A DNA stretch of 30,701 nucleotides, from NCBI GenBank assembly GCA_963976765.1, contig CAXBME010000033.1, positions 62,001 through 92,701 of the forward strand, written 5' to 3'. The position numbers and the translations under genes are program-made. Every line of letters begins with the position of its first letter. Position 1 is the first letter of the stretch. Positions 10,450 through 18,237 of this stretch are shown here, piece by piece. Source of the DNA: an uncultured Planctomycetaceae bacterium (lineage in GTDB: Bacteria; Planctomycetota; Planctomycetia; Planctomycetales; Planctomycetaceae). The notes under the pieces were generated by a model. That model was given only the letters and a program-made list of their open reading frames with translations. It did not search any database and was not told the origin of the DNA.

Positions 10450-13400
10450 TCACCCCTTACGTCGGCGCAGGTCACTGAAAAGACGACCGAACGGCTTCTC
10501 TGCATGCTCGTCTGGCGAAGGTGACGCGGACGTCGCGCCGTCACTCAGTGCTTTTCCGGAAGTGTCTGCAGAACGTGGTTCCAGCTTGTAGCTGCTGCTT
10601 TCGTCACGCCGCGGTGGCTCCGGCTGGACAATGTCAAATGACTCAGCAGGAAGCTCATCAGTGGCGTCATTGAAGTTTTTCAGCTCTGCCGCTTCTGCAT
10701 TTCTGATAGCCGCTGCCGAATCCTGCAGAGCACTCTGAGTGTCCAGGCAGATGTCGAGCATCGTCTTGCCAATCAGATCTTCCAGTTCGTTACTGTTCTG
10801 ATCAGTCGTTTCGATCAGCTCAGCTTCGATGTCCAGAACCGACCGTCCAGCCATGCCGGGTCGCACGATGGAATCAAGGTCTTCGTCCAGCTCGGCCAGC
10901 AGTGGCAACACTGCATCGACCAGACGGTTGGGTTGAAGCGGGCGATCCTCGACCGGCAGCACAATGTCATGCTCGGCCTGAGCCCTCATTTGTTCTTCAT
11001 AAGCTTCCTCCGCGATCGATCTTTCCACCAGTTCTGCTGCCAGTCCGTCATCAGCAGCGTGTGACTCACTCTGGTCGGATTCGTCGTTGACCAGCTCAGA
11101 CTGATCGACATCATCGGACGATTCGCTCGCTGTCACGGTTTCGCCTGCGACCTCATTCCCTGGCACTTTCGTAACCGCATCTGAATGATCGTCCTGTGTC
11201 TCCGACTCTTGTCGATGAGAGTCGAACTCCTCTGCCGGCCCGGTGGCATCTTCAGCCGACTCGATTCCAAAATCTTCGGCGAAATCTTCTTCCATGAAAT
11301 GCTGTGACGCCGGAGCGGTTTCGCACTCCTGCTCGGACGCGTCGCCATGGTCGAGTATCAATTCTTCATCGAATTCGAAATCGTTGTCGACTGGATCATC
11401 AGCCGTCACTTCCGCTGAGACTTCAGTATCCTCGGGCAACTCCGAGTGTTCTTCAGTGATGACTTGCCGCGAAAAACTGGAAACATTCCAGACGATGCCT
11501 GCTCCATCCGGCTCTTGCAGAGCTGCGTACGGATCGTAGACAAATTCTTCCTCGTAGCCGGACTCATTGATAGCAAGTTCGTTCATAACTTCCGGCTCTT
11601 CATTCTGAGGGCTTGTGCGTTCAATTTTGTCGGCTTCGGCAGCGAAATCCTGCTCGCTGGAAACTGCTTCAACAGCGTCGACCGTGTGCTCACGGTCAGG
11701 CAGCGCTGCACCATTCAAATCAACAGATTCGGAATCAGCCGGAGAGGGCATGACCGTGTCGGCCCTGTGTTCAGGCAAAACCGAATCCTGACCGAACAAT
11801 GCCAACGTGATCTCTGCTGCTGAAATGGTCGATAGCTCTGACGCCGTGTCACGGCCGATTGACTCCGGATCGTCGGCAGCAATGTAACCATCAGCGCTGG
11901 AAACTTCGGACTCCGAAACGAAATCACCGTCGTCCGCATTTGGTTCGTTTGAGCAGGAGTCCTCTACGTCGGTGCTTTCAGTTTCTCCGTTGAATGAAAA
12001 CTCAATTACGCCGGAATCAACCGGCTGTTCATCAGTCGGTGACGCTTCAGGAATTCGTGCATCCAGCTCTTCCGGTGGACCGAAATCATTCAGTTCAAAC
12101 CCGTTGGACGTTAGTCGGAAACTGATTCCCGTATCTTCACCGTCGACGTCGGCGTGTTGGGGGCTGGCTGGGTCATGTAGCCGTTCTGATTCGAGAATCG
12201 TTTCGTTGGTCGCTGATGGAAGCTGCTGAAACAGAGTCTCGTCATCGTCGACAGGCAACTTACCTGCCAGTGAATCAGCCTGGCCGTCCGCGACGAAGTG
12301 TTGCTCTTCGACCGCCGTGTCGGTGTCTGAGTCAACTGATTCATTGCCGGAATTGTCGAAGCTGTCCGAAAAATCGAATTCAAAGCCGTCGGCCAAAGTC
12401 GTGGCATTTGCAGACTGATCGACCGGTGGGGAAACTTCAAACGCCGCTTGCAAAGATTCGACAATGCCGGCTTCGTCGACAGCATTGTCGTCCGCCGATT
12501 CTGGTCCCGGATTTTCGTTGTCGCGATTATCGACCGAACCGTTGCCGGCCAGTCGTGTAAGCGCGGCATCGCGCTCCGCATCGATGACCGATTCGTCAAT
12601 GACTGACTCTTCGGATTCGTCATCAAACGTTTCGGACGAGTTCTCATCCTCGACGAAACCAACAATTTCCGTTCCGTCGCTGACATCGTTCCAGTGGAGC
12701 GGCAACTGCTTGAGATCTTCAAGAGCCTCTCGCACCGTGTCTGCTGTGACAGGCTTCTGATCAGAAGCAAATGCCAGTAACAGGCTGTGGTCCGAAAGCT
12801 GATTGAGACATCGCGGCACGCCGCCACTTGCGCGGGTAATAATGCTGATCGCTTCTTCGGTCAGTGTTGATTCAACGTTACAACCCGCCCAGGTAAGGCG
12901 ATGCCGGATGTAGTCGGCAGATTCCGAGATCGTCAGCGGCTCGACGAAGACATGTTTGCTGATTCGCTGATTGATTGCGTCAAATGATCGATCAGTAAGC
13001 CGCTCTTCAAGGTCATGCTGCCCGGAAAGCATGATGCGGACCAGCGACGAACCTCCGGCAGCGAGATCAGACAGCGTCCGCAGTTCTTCGAGCAGCTCGT
13101 CACTGAAGAGGTGAGCTTCGTCAACAATCAGGACGAGCGCCTCGCGTTCTGGCCGCAGGCTGAGCAATCGCGATCGCAGATCAAGACGCAATTCCGGCTC
13201 GTCACGGCGGCTGTATTCATCGCCCATTTCGAACAGAATGGCCTGCAGAAGTGAACGCCGTGTCGGGAAATTTGAGTTGCTCAGGTAGACACATTCAAAC
13301 TGACTGCGCGAACTCTCCCGCTCGCGCAGATTCGCTGCAAGCCTCTGACAGAGCAACGTTTTGCCGACCCCTGCCGCTGCCGTCAGAATCGCAATTCCCT

Positions 13401-13527
13401 GACCACGTTCGACGCAGACGGTGAGCTCTTCCAGGACGGCCTGCAACTCGACGCTGCCGAAGAAACACCCTGGATCCGGCGTGGCCGAAAACGGGCGACG
13501 ATCCATGCCGAAAAACGGCTCGTACAT
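10450..13527 (-). CDS. ExeA/GspA-family AAA ATPase with ~700-aa acidic low-complexity C-terminal extension
   Basis: N-terminus MYEPFFGMDRRPFSATPDP, Walker A AAAGVGKT, Walker B LIVDEAH and SGGVPRCLN are typical of ExeA-like ATPases; the remainder is D/E/S-rich. Confidence 0.85.
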   Translation of the reverse strand: MYEPFFGMDRRPFSATPDPGCFFGSVELQAVLEELTVCVERGQGIAILTAAAGVGKTLLCQRLAANLRERESSRSQFECVYLSNSNFPTRRSLLQAILFEMGDEYSRRDEPELRLDLRSRLLSLRPEREALVLIVDEAHLFSDELLEELRTLSDLAAGGSSLVRIMLSGQHDLEERLTDRSFDAINQRISKHVFVEPLTISESADYIRHRLTWAGCNVESTLTEEAISIITRASGGVPRCLNQLSDHSLLLAFASDQKPVTADTVREALEDLKQLPLHWNDVSDGTEIVGFVEDENSSETFDDESEESVIDESVIDAERDAALTRLAGNGSVDNRDNENPGPESADDNAVDEAGIVESLQAAFEVSPPVDQSANATTLADGFEFDFSDSFDNSGNESVDSDTDTAVEEQHFVADGQADSLAGKLPVDDDETLFQQLPSATNETILESERLHDPASPQHADVDGEDTGISFRLTSNGFELNDFGPPEELDARIPEASPTDEQPVDSGVIEFSFNGETESTDVEDSCSNEPNADDGDFVSESEVSSADGYIAADDPESIGRDTASELSTISAAEITLALFGQDSVLPEHRADTVMPSPADSESVDLNGAALPDREHTVDAVEAVSSEQDFAAEADKIERTSPQNEEPEVMNELAINESGYEEEFVYDPYAALQEPDGAGIVWNVSSFSRQVITEEHSELPEDTEVSAEVTADDPVDNDFEFDEELILDHGDASEQECETAPASQHFMEEDFAEDFGIESAEDATGPAEEFDSHRQESETQDDHSDAVTKVPGNEVAGETVTASESSDDVDQSELVNDESDQSESHAADDGLAAELVERSIAEEAYEEQMRAQAEHDIVLPVEDRPLQPNRLVDAVLPLLAELDEDLDSIVRPGMAGRSVLDIEAELIETTDQNSNELEDLIGKTMLDICLDTQSALQDSAAAIRNAEAAELKNFNDATDELPAESFDIVQPEPPRRDESSSYKLEPRSADTSGKALSDGATSASPSPDEHAEKPFGRLFSDLRRRKG

Positions 13528-14180
13528 CTTGCAGCCTTTCTGAAATACCGTCCGACTCTTCAGAAAGTCGACGCCATTGCTGAGTGCCTGTCAGCACGCA
13601 AACCTCCAGCGCACTCCGGATCTCCGGACAGTTCGACTCTTCTTCTACATGATCGAACTGTCACAACCCGGAACTTGAGCATAACCGGTAAAGTCGCCCA
13701 CCCGCCCATATAAGCAACGCGGGCAGTCAAAAGGGACAAGTTTGGAAGTTATGGGATATTGGTGACGGTCGAGAGGTGAGGCCTGAACGTCAGCGACCGG
13801 CACAACCGGTGCGGTTTGGAACACAAGCCGCAGGAAGATCGCAACATCAAACTCGCAATTGCCCGAGTGGCTTGCAGAAATTCGGTGGCGCCGGGAAACG
13901 AAGCGGCCCGACCGAAGTTTGACCTTCGATCGGGCCAGCAACTGTTCCCGGGACATCCCCAGTACGACGTTCGGCCCGAAATTCCGACCGCCGCGAGCCC
14001 GGTAACGAGGCACGAAGTGTCGGTGAATTGGCTGTCCGGTTCTGTGACTTTCCAAACACATTGCCGTCTGAAAAGTTGCAACAGACCGACAGGCCGAACC
14101 CGGTAGATTCACGACGGAATGCCCGATTTCAGCCCGATTAAGCAGTTATTGGCTATGATTCAGCCAGTCGATGGCGGGAC

Positions 14181-14208
14181 TTGCGTTCGTCGGTCGTGTG
14201 GCTATATT
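14181..14208 (+). promoter_or_regulatory. Putative sigma70-like promoter of tRNA-Ser
   Basis: TTGCGT (14181-14186), 16-bp spacer, TATATT (14203-14208), 22 bp upstream of the tRNA. Confidence 0.45.
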
Positions 14209-14230
14209 CTGCCGCTTGGTCATAAGACCC

Positions 14231-14315
14231 GGAGAGATGGCAGAGTGGCCGAATGCGCATCATTGCTAATGATGTGTACCGTAAGGTACCGCGGGTTCGA
14301 ATCCCGCTCTCTCCG
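14231..14315 (+). tRNA. tRNA-Ser (anticodon GCT), CCA not encoded
   Basis: Acceptor stem GGAGAGA/TCTCTCC; anticodon arm CATCA-TTGCTAA-TGATG (GCT at 14265-14267); long variable arm GTACC-GTAA-GGTAC; T arm GCGGG-TTCGAAT-CCCGC; discriminator G followed by CCT. Confidence 0.97.
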
Positions 14316-14331
14316 CCTTTGATTTGTGCCT

Positions 14332-14376
14332 GAAACGCTAAGTTGTGGTTTAACCACGACTTAGCGTTTCTTTTTT
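14332..14376 (+). terminator. Intrinsic terminator-like hairpin downstream of the tRNA
   Basis: GAAACGCTAAGTTGTGGTT / AACCACGACTTAGCGTTTC inverted repeat with one G-U pair, followed by TTTTTT. Confidence 0.75.
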
Positions 14377-14393
14377 GCTGCTGCTGAATCTCC

Positions 14394-14426
14394 CTGGTGC
14401 AAAGTTGGTGCAAACCAGGTGCAACA
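14394..14426 (+). repeat. Three direct repeats of GGTGCAA at 11-bp period (candidate integrase arm-type sites)
   Basis: ctGGTGCAAag-ttGGTGCAAac-caGGTGCAAca, with cores at 14396, 14407 and 14418, directly before the integrase RBS. Confidence 0.7.
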
Positions 14427-14438
14427 GGAGATTCAAGA

Positions 14439-15806
14439 ATGTCGAAGCCTCAACGAGGTGGCGCGCGTCGGAAACGGATCGGACGCGTGTCCGTTTACCA
14501 CCATCACGGTGGCTGGTATGTCTACTACCGGGAAGGCGAGCGGTCGGTCCGCAAGCGGGTTGCTGACACCCGTGCCGATGCTGAAAAGATCGCCGGCCAG
14601 ATCAATGCTCAGGTGGCGAGTTGTACTCCCACCATGCTGGCGTTCGAACCGGTTTCCGTGGCCGAACTGCGGCAATCATTTCTCGACCATCATGAGCATG
14701 TGCTGCGATCGTCGCTGGCCACTGTCCGCAGATACCGCGCAGCGACTCAGCATCTGGAAGACTTCTGCAGACAGCTTCCGTCGGCCCCCCCGGCTCATGA
14801 AGTCTCGGCAGACCGGTTTGTCAGATATGTGAGAGAAGTCAGCGTTTCTCCGAACGGTCATCCGAATTCTCAGCGGCGAACACTGCGAGACAAAGGCGTG
14901 GTGTTCATCCTTGAGACGTGCCGGTCCATGTACGGATTCGCGGCTCGACGACGGCACCTTCCACCGTATGCTGAGAATCCGTTTTCACAACTGACGCTGT
15001 CACGCTTTCGTATTGAGGACGCCAAGTCGATTTCCGTCTTCGACTCTGTGACCGAGCCGAGGTTCCTGCAGGCGTTGAACGACTGGGCCTTCCCCATTCA
15101 TTTCGTACTGGCCAAGACGGGTCTGCGGCCGGGTGAACTGACGCATCTTCTGATCGAGGACTTGGACTTCAACGATGGCTGGCTGTTAATTCGCAACAAA
15201 GCGTCTCTCGGGTGGCGGATCAAGACTGGTCAAGAACGAGCCGTTCCATTGTGTGACGAAGCCGTGTCGGTGCTGCAACGAGTTGTCGGGAAACGGCAAC
15301 AGGGGCTTGTCTTCCTGAGGCCTCGTTTTCGTGAATTTCCGCCACAACTGGCCGGCCCGCTCTCACAACTGGAGCGCGAGGCAGAACAGCGATTGACCCG
15401 AACGCAGAAGTCGACAGGGACGGTGAGCCGGACTGACGCTGCTCAAGTACTCCGTACCGTGTGGCGTGATGCCGGTTTGATTCGCACAGATGCCATTCGC
15501 AAGGCATTTATACGAGCCGGTCGAGCGATCGGGCGTCCGGAAATGACCTGCCCGAAGAGCTGGCGGCACACGTTCGCGACGCTGCTGCAGGATGCCGAAG
15601 TCGATCCGCTGATCCGGCAGATCACGCTCGGGCACAAGTCGGCGAGTGACGCTCGTGGCGCGCTCGGCATGACAAGCGTCTACACGCACACACGCCCGGA
15701 AACTCAGAAGCGGCAGATTGAACGAGCGCTGCAGCTCTGGCCGGATTCACTCGACTTCGCACGACGCTGGGCGGTCAGGGGCCGCCACGCTCCAGGCTCA
15801 GACTGA
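14439..15806 (+). CDS. Tyrosine recombinase / phage-type integrase
   Basis: AGGAG RBS at 14426-14430 and ATG 14439. Catalytic residues TGLRPGEL (R), KTGQER (K), KSWRHTFAT (HxxR position reads KSWR), TLGH and TSVYTH (Y); basic N-terminal arm-binding-like region. Confidence 0.92.
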   Translation: MSKPQRGGARRKRIGRVSVYHHHGGWYVYYREGERSVRKRVADTRADAEKIAGQINAQVASCTPTMLAFEPVSVAELRQSFLDHHEHVLRSSLATVRRYRAATQHLEDFCRQLPSAPPAHEVSADRFVRYVREVSVSPNGHPNSQRRTLRDKGVVFILETCRSMYGFAARRRHLPPYAENPFSQLTLSRFRIEDAKSISVFDSVTEPRFLQALNDWAFPIHFVLAKTGLRPGELTHLLIEDLDFNDGWLLIRNKASLGWRIKTGQERAVPLCDEAVSVLQRVVGKRQQGLVFLRPRFREFPPQLAGPLSQLEREAEQRLTRTQKSTGTVSRTDAAQVLRTVWRDAGLIRTDAIRKAFIRAGRAIGRPEMTCPKSWRHTFATLLQDAEVDPLIRQITLGHKSASDARGALGMTSVYTHTRPETQKRQIERALQLWPDSLDFARRWAVRGRHAPGSD

Positions 15807-15885
15807 CAGCAACCACAGCCAGGGAAATGCCACCAGTCGTGTGGCAATTCAGCTTTGCCAGACCCACACACGAAAGGGGACATTG

Positions 15886-16068
15886 ATGAATCAGAGTCCA
15901 CATCCCACTGAAGTTTCCGCATCCGATTCCGAAGACCAGAAACTCGTGCCGATCTCCGTCGCCGAATTTGCTCAGCGTCTTGGGAGCATTGTCGGCAGTT
16001 GCCTGGCTGAGCAGTCCAACGGAACTGACTCGGCTTTGAGGAATGTTCCGCCAACACCTTCACACTGA
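15886..16068 (+). CDS. Small hypothetical protein (60 aa), possible recombination accessory factor
   Basis: AAAGGGGA RBS before ATG 15886; lies between the integrase and the first serine recombinase. Confidence 0.45.
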   Translation: MNQSPHPTEVSASDSEDQKLVPISVAEFAQRLGSIVGSCLAEQSNGTDSALRNVPPTPSH

Positions 16069-16130
16069 GTTTGACCTGAACGGTCAGCACTTCTCAATCA
16101 ATATCGTTTCCAGTTTACGAGGCTTAAGAC

Positions 16131-18137
16131 ATGTCACACCGCCGCGCTACTTATGGTTGGGTACTTCCCATTGCAATTGCTCTCGGTCGCCGATTGAGGG
16201 TCATCATCTATGCCCGCTACTCGACCGAGGATCAGAACCCTCGGTCGATTGACGATCAGGTGGCCGAGTGCCGGCGATTTCTTCAGTCGCTTGAGATCGA
16301 CCTTTCACGTAGTGAGATTCGGGTGCTGTCGGACCGCGCCATCTCGGGCGAGGAAGTCTCTCGACCGGGGATCGATGAAGTCAGAGCGGCGATCCGGGAC
16401 GGAAACGTCGACCTGATCGTCACCGAGGAAACCAGTCGTCTGTATCGTCGTCAGAGGCCCTGTCTTGATCTGGTTGACGGAGCTGTGGACAACGGAGTCC
16501 GTGTGATCTGCATCAATGACCAGGTTGACACAGCTGACGAGGAAATGTGGGAAGAGCGACTGGCTTCCAGTGTTGGCGATGCCGCAAGAACGAATCGCCG
16601 GACACGACAGCGTATTAACCGTTCCTTAATTTCCCGATTTGAGATGGGAGCGGCTCTGGGACCTGTTCGACCTGGATACCTGCGACGCGCTACGGCGCCC
16701 GCCACCGAACGAGAACCCGCGCGTGGGCCATTCTTTGACGAGGTTGATCCAGAATGGGCCCCGACGATCGAGGAAGCATTCGAAATGGTGGCATCGGGAA
16801 AACCTCCGTGGATCGTTGCACAGTGGCTCAATGAGCGTGGCCTGCCAAAGACTTCGAACTGGCAGCGACCTGAATGGACGGAACCGAATGTCGTGGCGCT
16901 GATCCGGAATCGAATTTACGTCGGGCTGGGAGTGTTTCGAACCACTGTCGCACAACAGATTCGTTCGACTGGCAAGACTCGGCAGGTCCCCAATGATCCA
17001 GAAGAAATACTGGTCAATGAACTGCCTCATCTGCGCATTGTTTCGGACAGCCTTCGCCGACAGGCTATCGAGGCGATCGACAGTCGAGCTCGCAGTAGTG
17101 TCAGCGGCAGTGAGCATGTGCTTTACGGGATTCCACGCGATTCCCGGGGGCCACTGTCTCGGATCATCGTCTGTGATATCTGTAGTCATCCGCTGCATGC
17201 CACGGGCCGGAATGAAGGTGGGTATCGCTGCCGTGGTGCCAACAAGCGGGACTGCTGGAATCGTACGACGGCACTGCGCCAATTGACTCACGAGCGCATC
17301 GCTGAGGCCATTTGCCAGGCTCTGCTGGAATTTCTTCCGGAAGCTGAAACTCTGCTGGCTGCAGCCCGCGTCCAGTTGGAAGACACCGACCGTCTGGACG
17401 CACGACTGGCGGAACTCACGACGCAGCACGAGGAAGCGACGGCGAAATATGAACAATATGGCGAGGCAGTCGGTGAGGGAGGCGACATTGTGATCCTCGT
17501 CGAACGTCTCAGACATTTCGAAGAACTTCGGGCTGGTATTGATGCGGAGATCGAGCGGCTTCGTGCCGAACGCGATGTAGTAGTCGTTCCGTCTTATGAC
17601 GAACTGCGACAGAGCATTCTCGATCGAAGCCGCCGCATCGAACTGATGGATCGCGATGCTCGCGCCGACCTGGTCGACATTGTCGAAGAGATACGGGCTG
17701 TCCCGTTTCAGCAATTTGGCGGAAACAAGGTCGTACTTCGTGCGGCAATCCATCTGAATCTGACAGGCCTTTTACCGTGGACAGTTCGGTCATATATCGA
17801 ATCGCTCAATGAAGGCAGTGAGTGTGTGTCTGTCACGACCGAGTTTCAAAAACTGATCTGGGTCGACCTTTTTAATGCATCAAATTCGCCACGTTACGCG
17901 ATGAAAGTGCGAGCGTTACGCGAAGCCGGCCGAAAGTTTGCCGACATTGCCGGTTCGCTGGGGCTGACCGAAATGGCAGCGAAAAGGGCCGATGCGCTTG
18001 GCAAGGAAATGCGTGCCGCTGGACTGACTGATCCATTCGTGCGACTGACGGAACCGCCAGCAAATGCCAGTCGCTGGCGAGACACTCGACAAGCCCGAAA
18101 CAACTCGACAGCCAATGAGGAAACTGACGCGGCATAG
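16131..18137 (+). CDS. Large serine recombinase 1 (resolvase, recombinase, Zn-ribbon, coiled coil, C-terminal HTH-like)
   Basis: IYARYS catalytic motif, DRAISG, RPG, ETSRLYR; CDIC...YRC...CWN zinc ribbon; coiled coil. Confidence 0.92.
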   Translation: MSHRRATYGWVLPIAIALGRRLRVIIYARYSTEDQNPRSIDDQVAECRRFLQSLEIDLSRSEIRVLSDRAISGEEVSRPGIDEVRAAIRDGNVDLIVTEETSRLYRRQRPCLDLVDGAVDNGVRVICINDQVDTADEEMWEERLASSVGDAARTNRRTRQRINRSLISRFEMGAALGPVRPGYLRRATAPATEREPARGPFFDEVDPEWAPTIEEAFEMVASGKPPWIVAQWLNERGLPKTSNWQRPEWTEPNVVALIRNRIYVGLGVFRTTVAQQIRSTGKTRQVPNDPEEILVNELPHLRIVSDSLRRQAIEAIDSRARSSVSGSEHVLYGIPRDSRGPLSRIIVCDICSHPLHATGRNEGGYRCRGANKRDCWNRTTALRQLTHERIAEAICQALLEFLPEAETLLAAARVQLEDTDRLDARLAELTTQHEEATAKYEQYGEAVGEGGDIVILVERLRHFEELRAGIDAEIERLRAERDVVVVPSYDELRQSILDRSRRIELMDRDARADLVDIVEEIRAVPFQQFGGNKVVLRAAIHLNLTGLLPWTVRSYIESLNEGSECVSVTTEFQKLIWVDLFNASNSPRYAMKVRALREAGRKFADIAGSLGLTEMAAKRADALGKEMRAAGLTDPFVRLTEPPANASRWRDTRQARNNSTANEETDAA

Positions 18138-18166
18138 ACATGCCTTACAATCAAACGCAAATGGCT

Positions 18167-18212
18167 AACGGCCCGTTCCTTTATTCGAAAAGGGGCGGGC
18201 CGTTTTTCTTTT
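18167..18212 (+). terminator. Terminator-like hairpin between the two serine recombinase genes
   Basis: AACGGCCCGTTCCTTT / AAAGGGGCGGGCCGTT stem with G-U pairs, followed by TTTCTTTT. Confidence 0.65.
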
Positions 18213-18237
18213 GCGCCATACACAACAAGGAGTTCAC

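Noticed and set aside
13645..14112. ORFs in the gap before the tRNA (13645-14112 minus, 13816-14106 plus)
   Set aside because: No convincing RBS or domain signature, and they overlap one another in several frames.
16626..17753. 375-aa minus-strand ORF and other long antisense ORFs (e.g. 18583-19374, 6328-6984, 21117-21833, 21887-22555)
   Set aside because: They are shadows of well-supported genes on the opposite strand in GC-rich DNA and carry no recognisable motifs.
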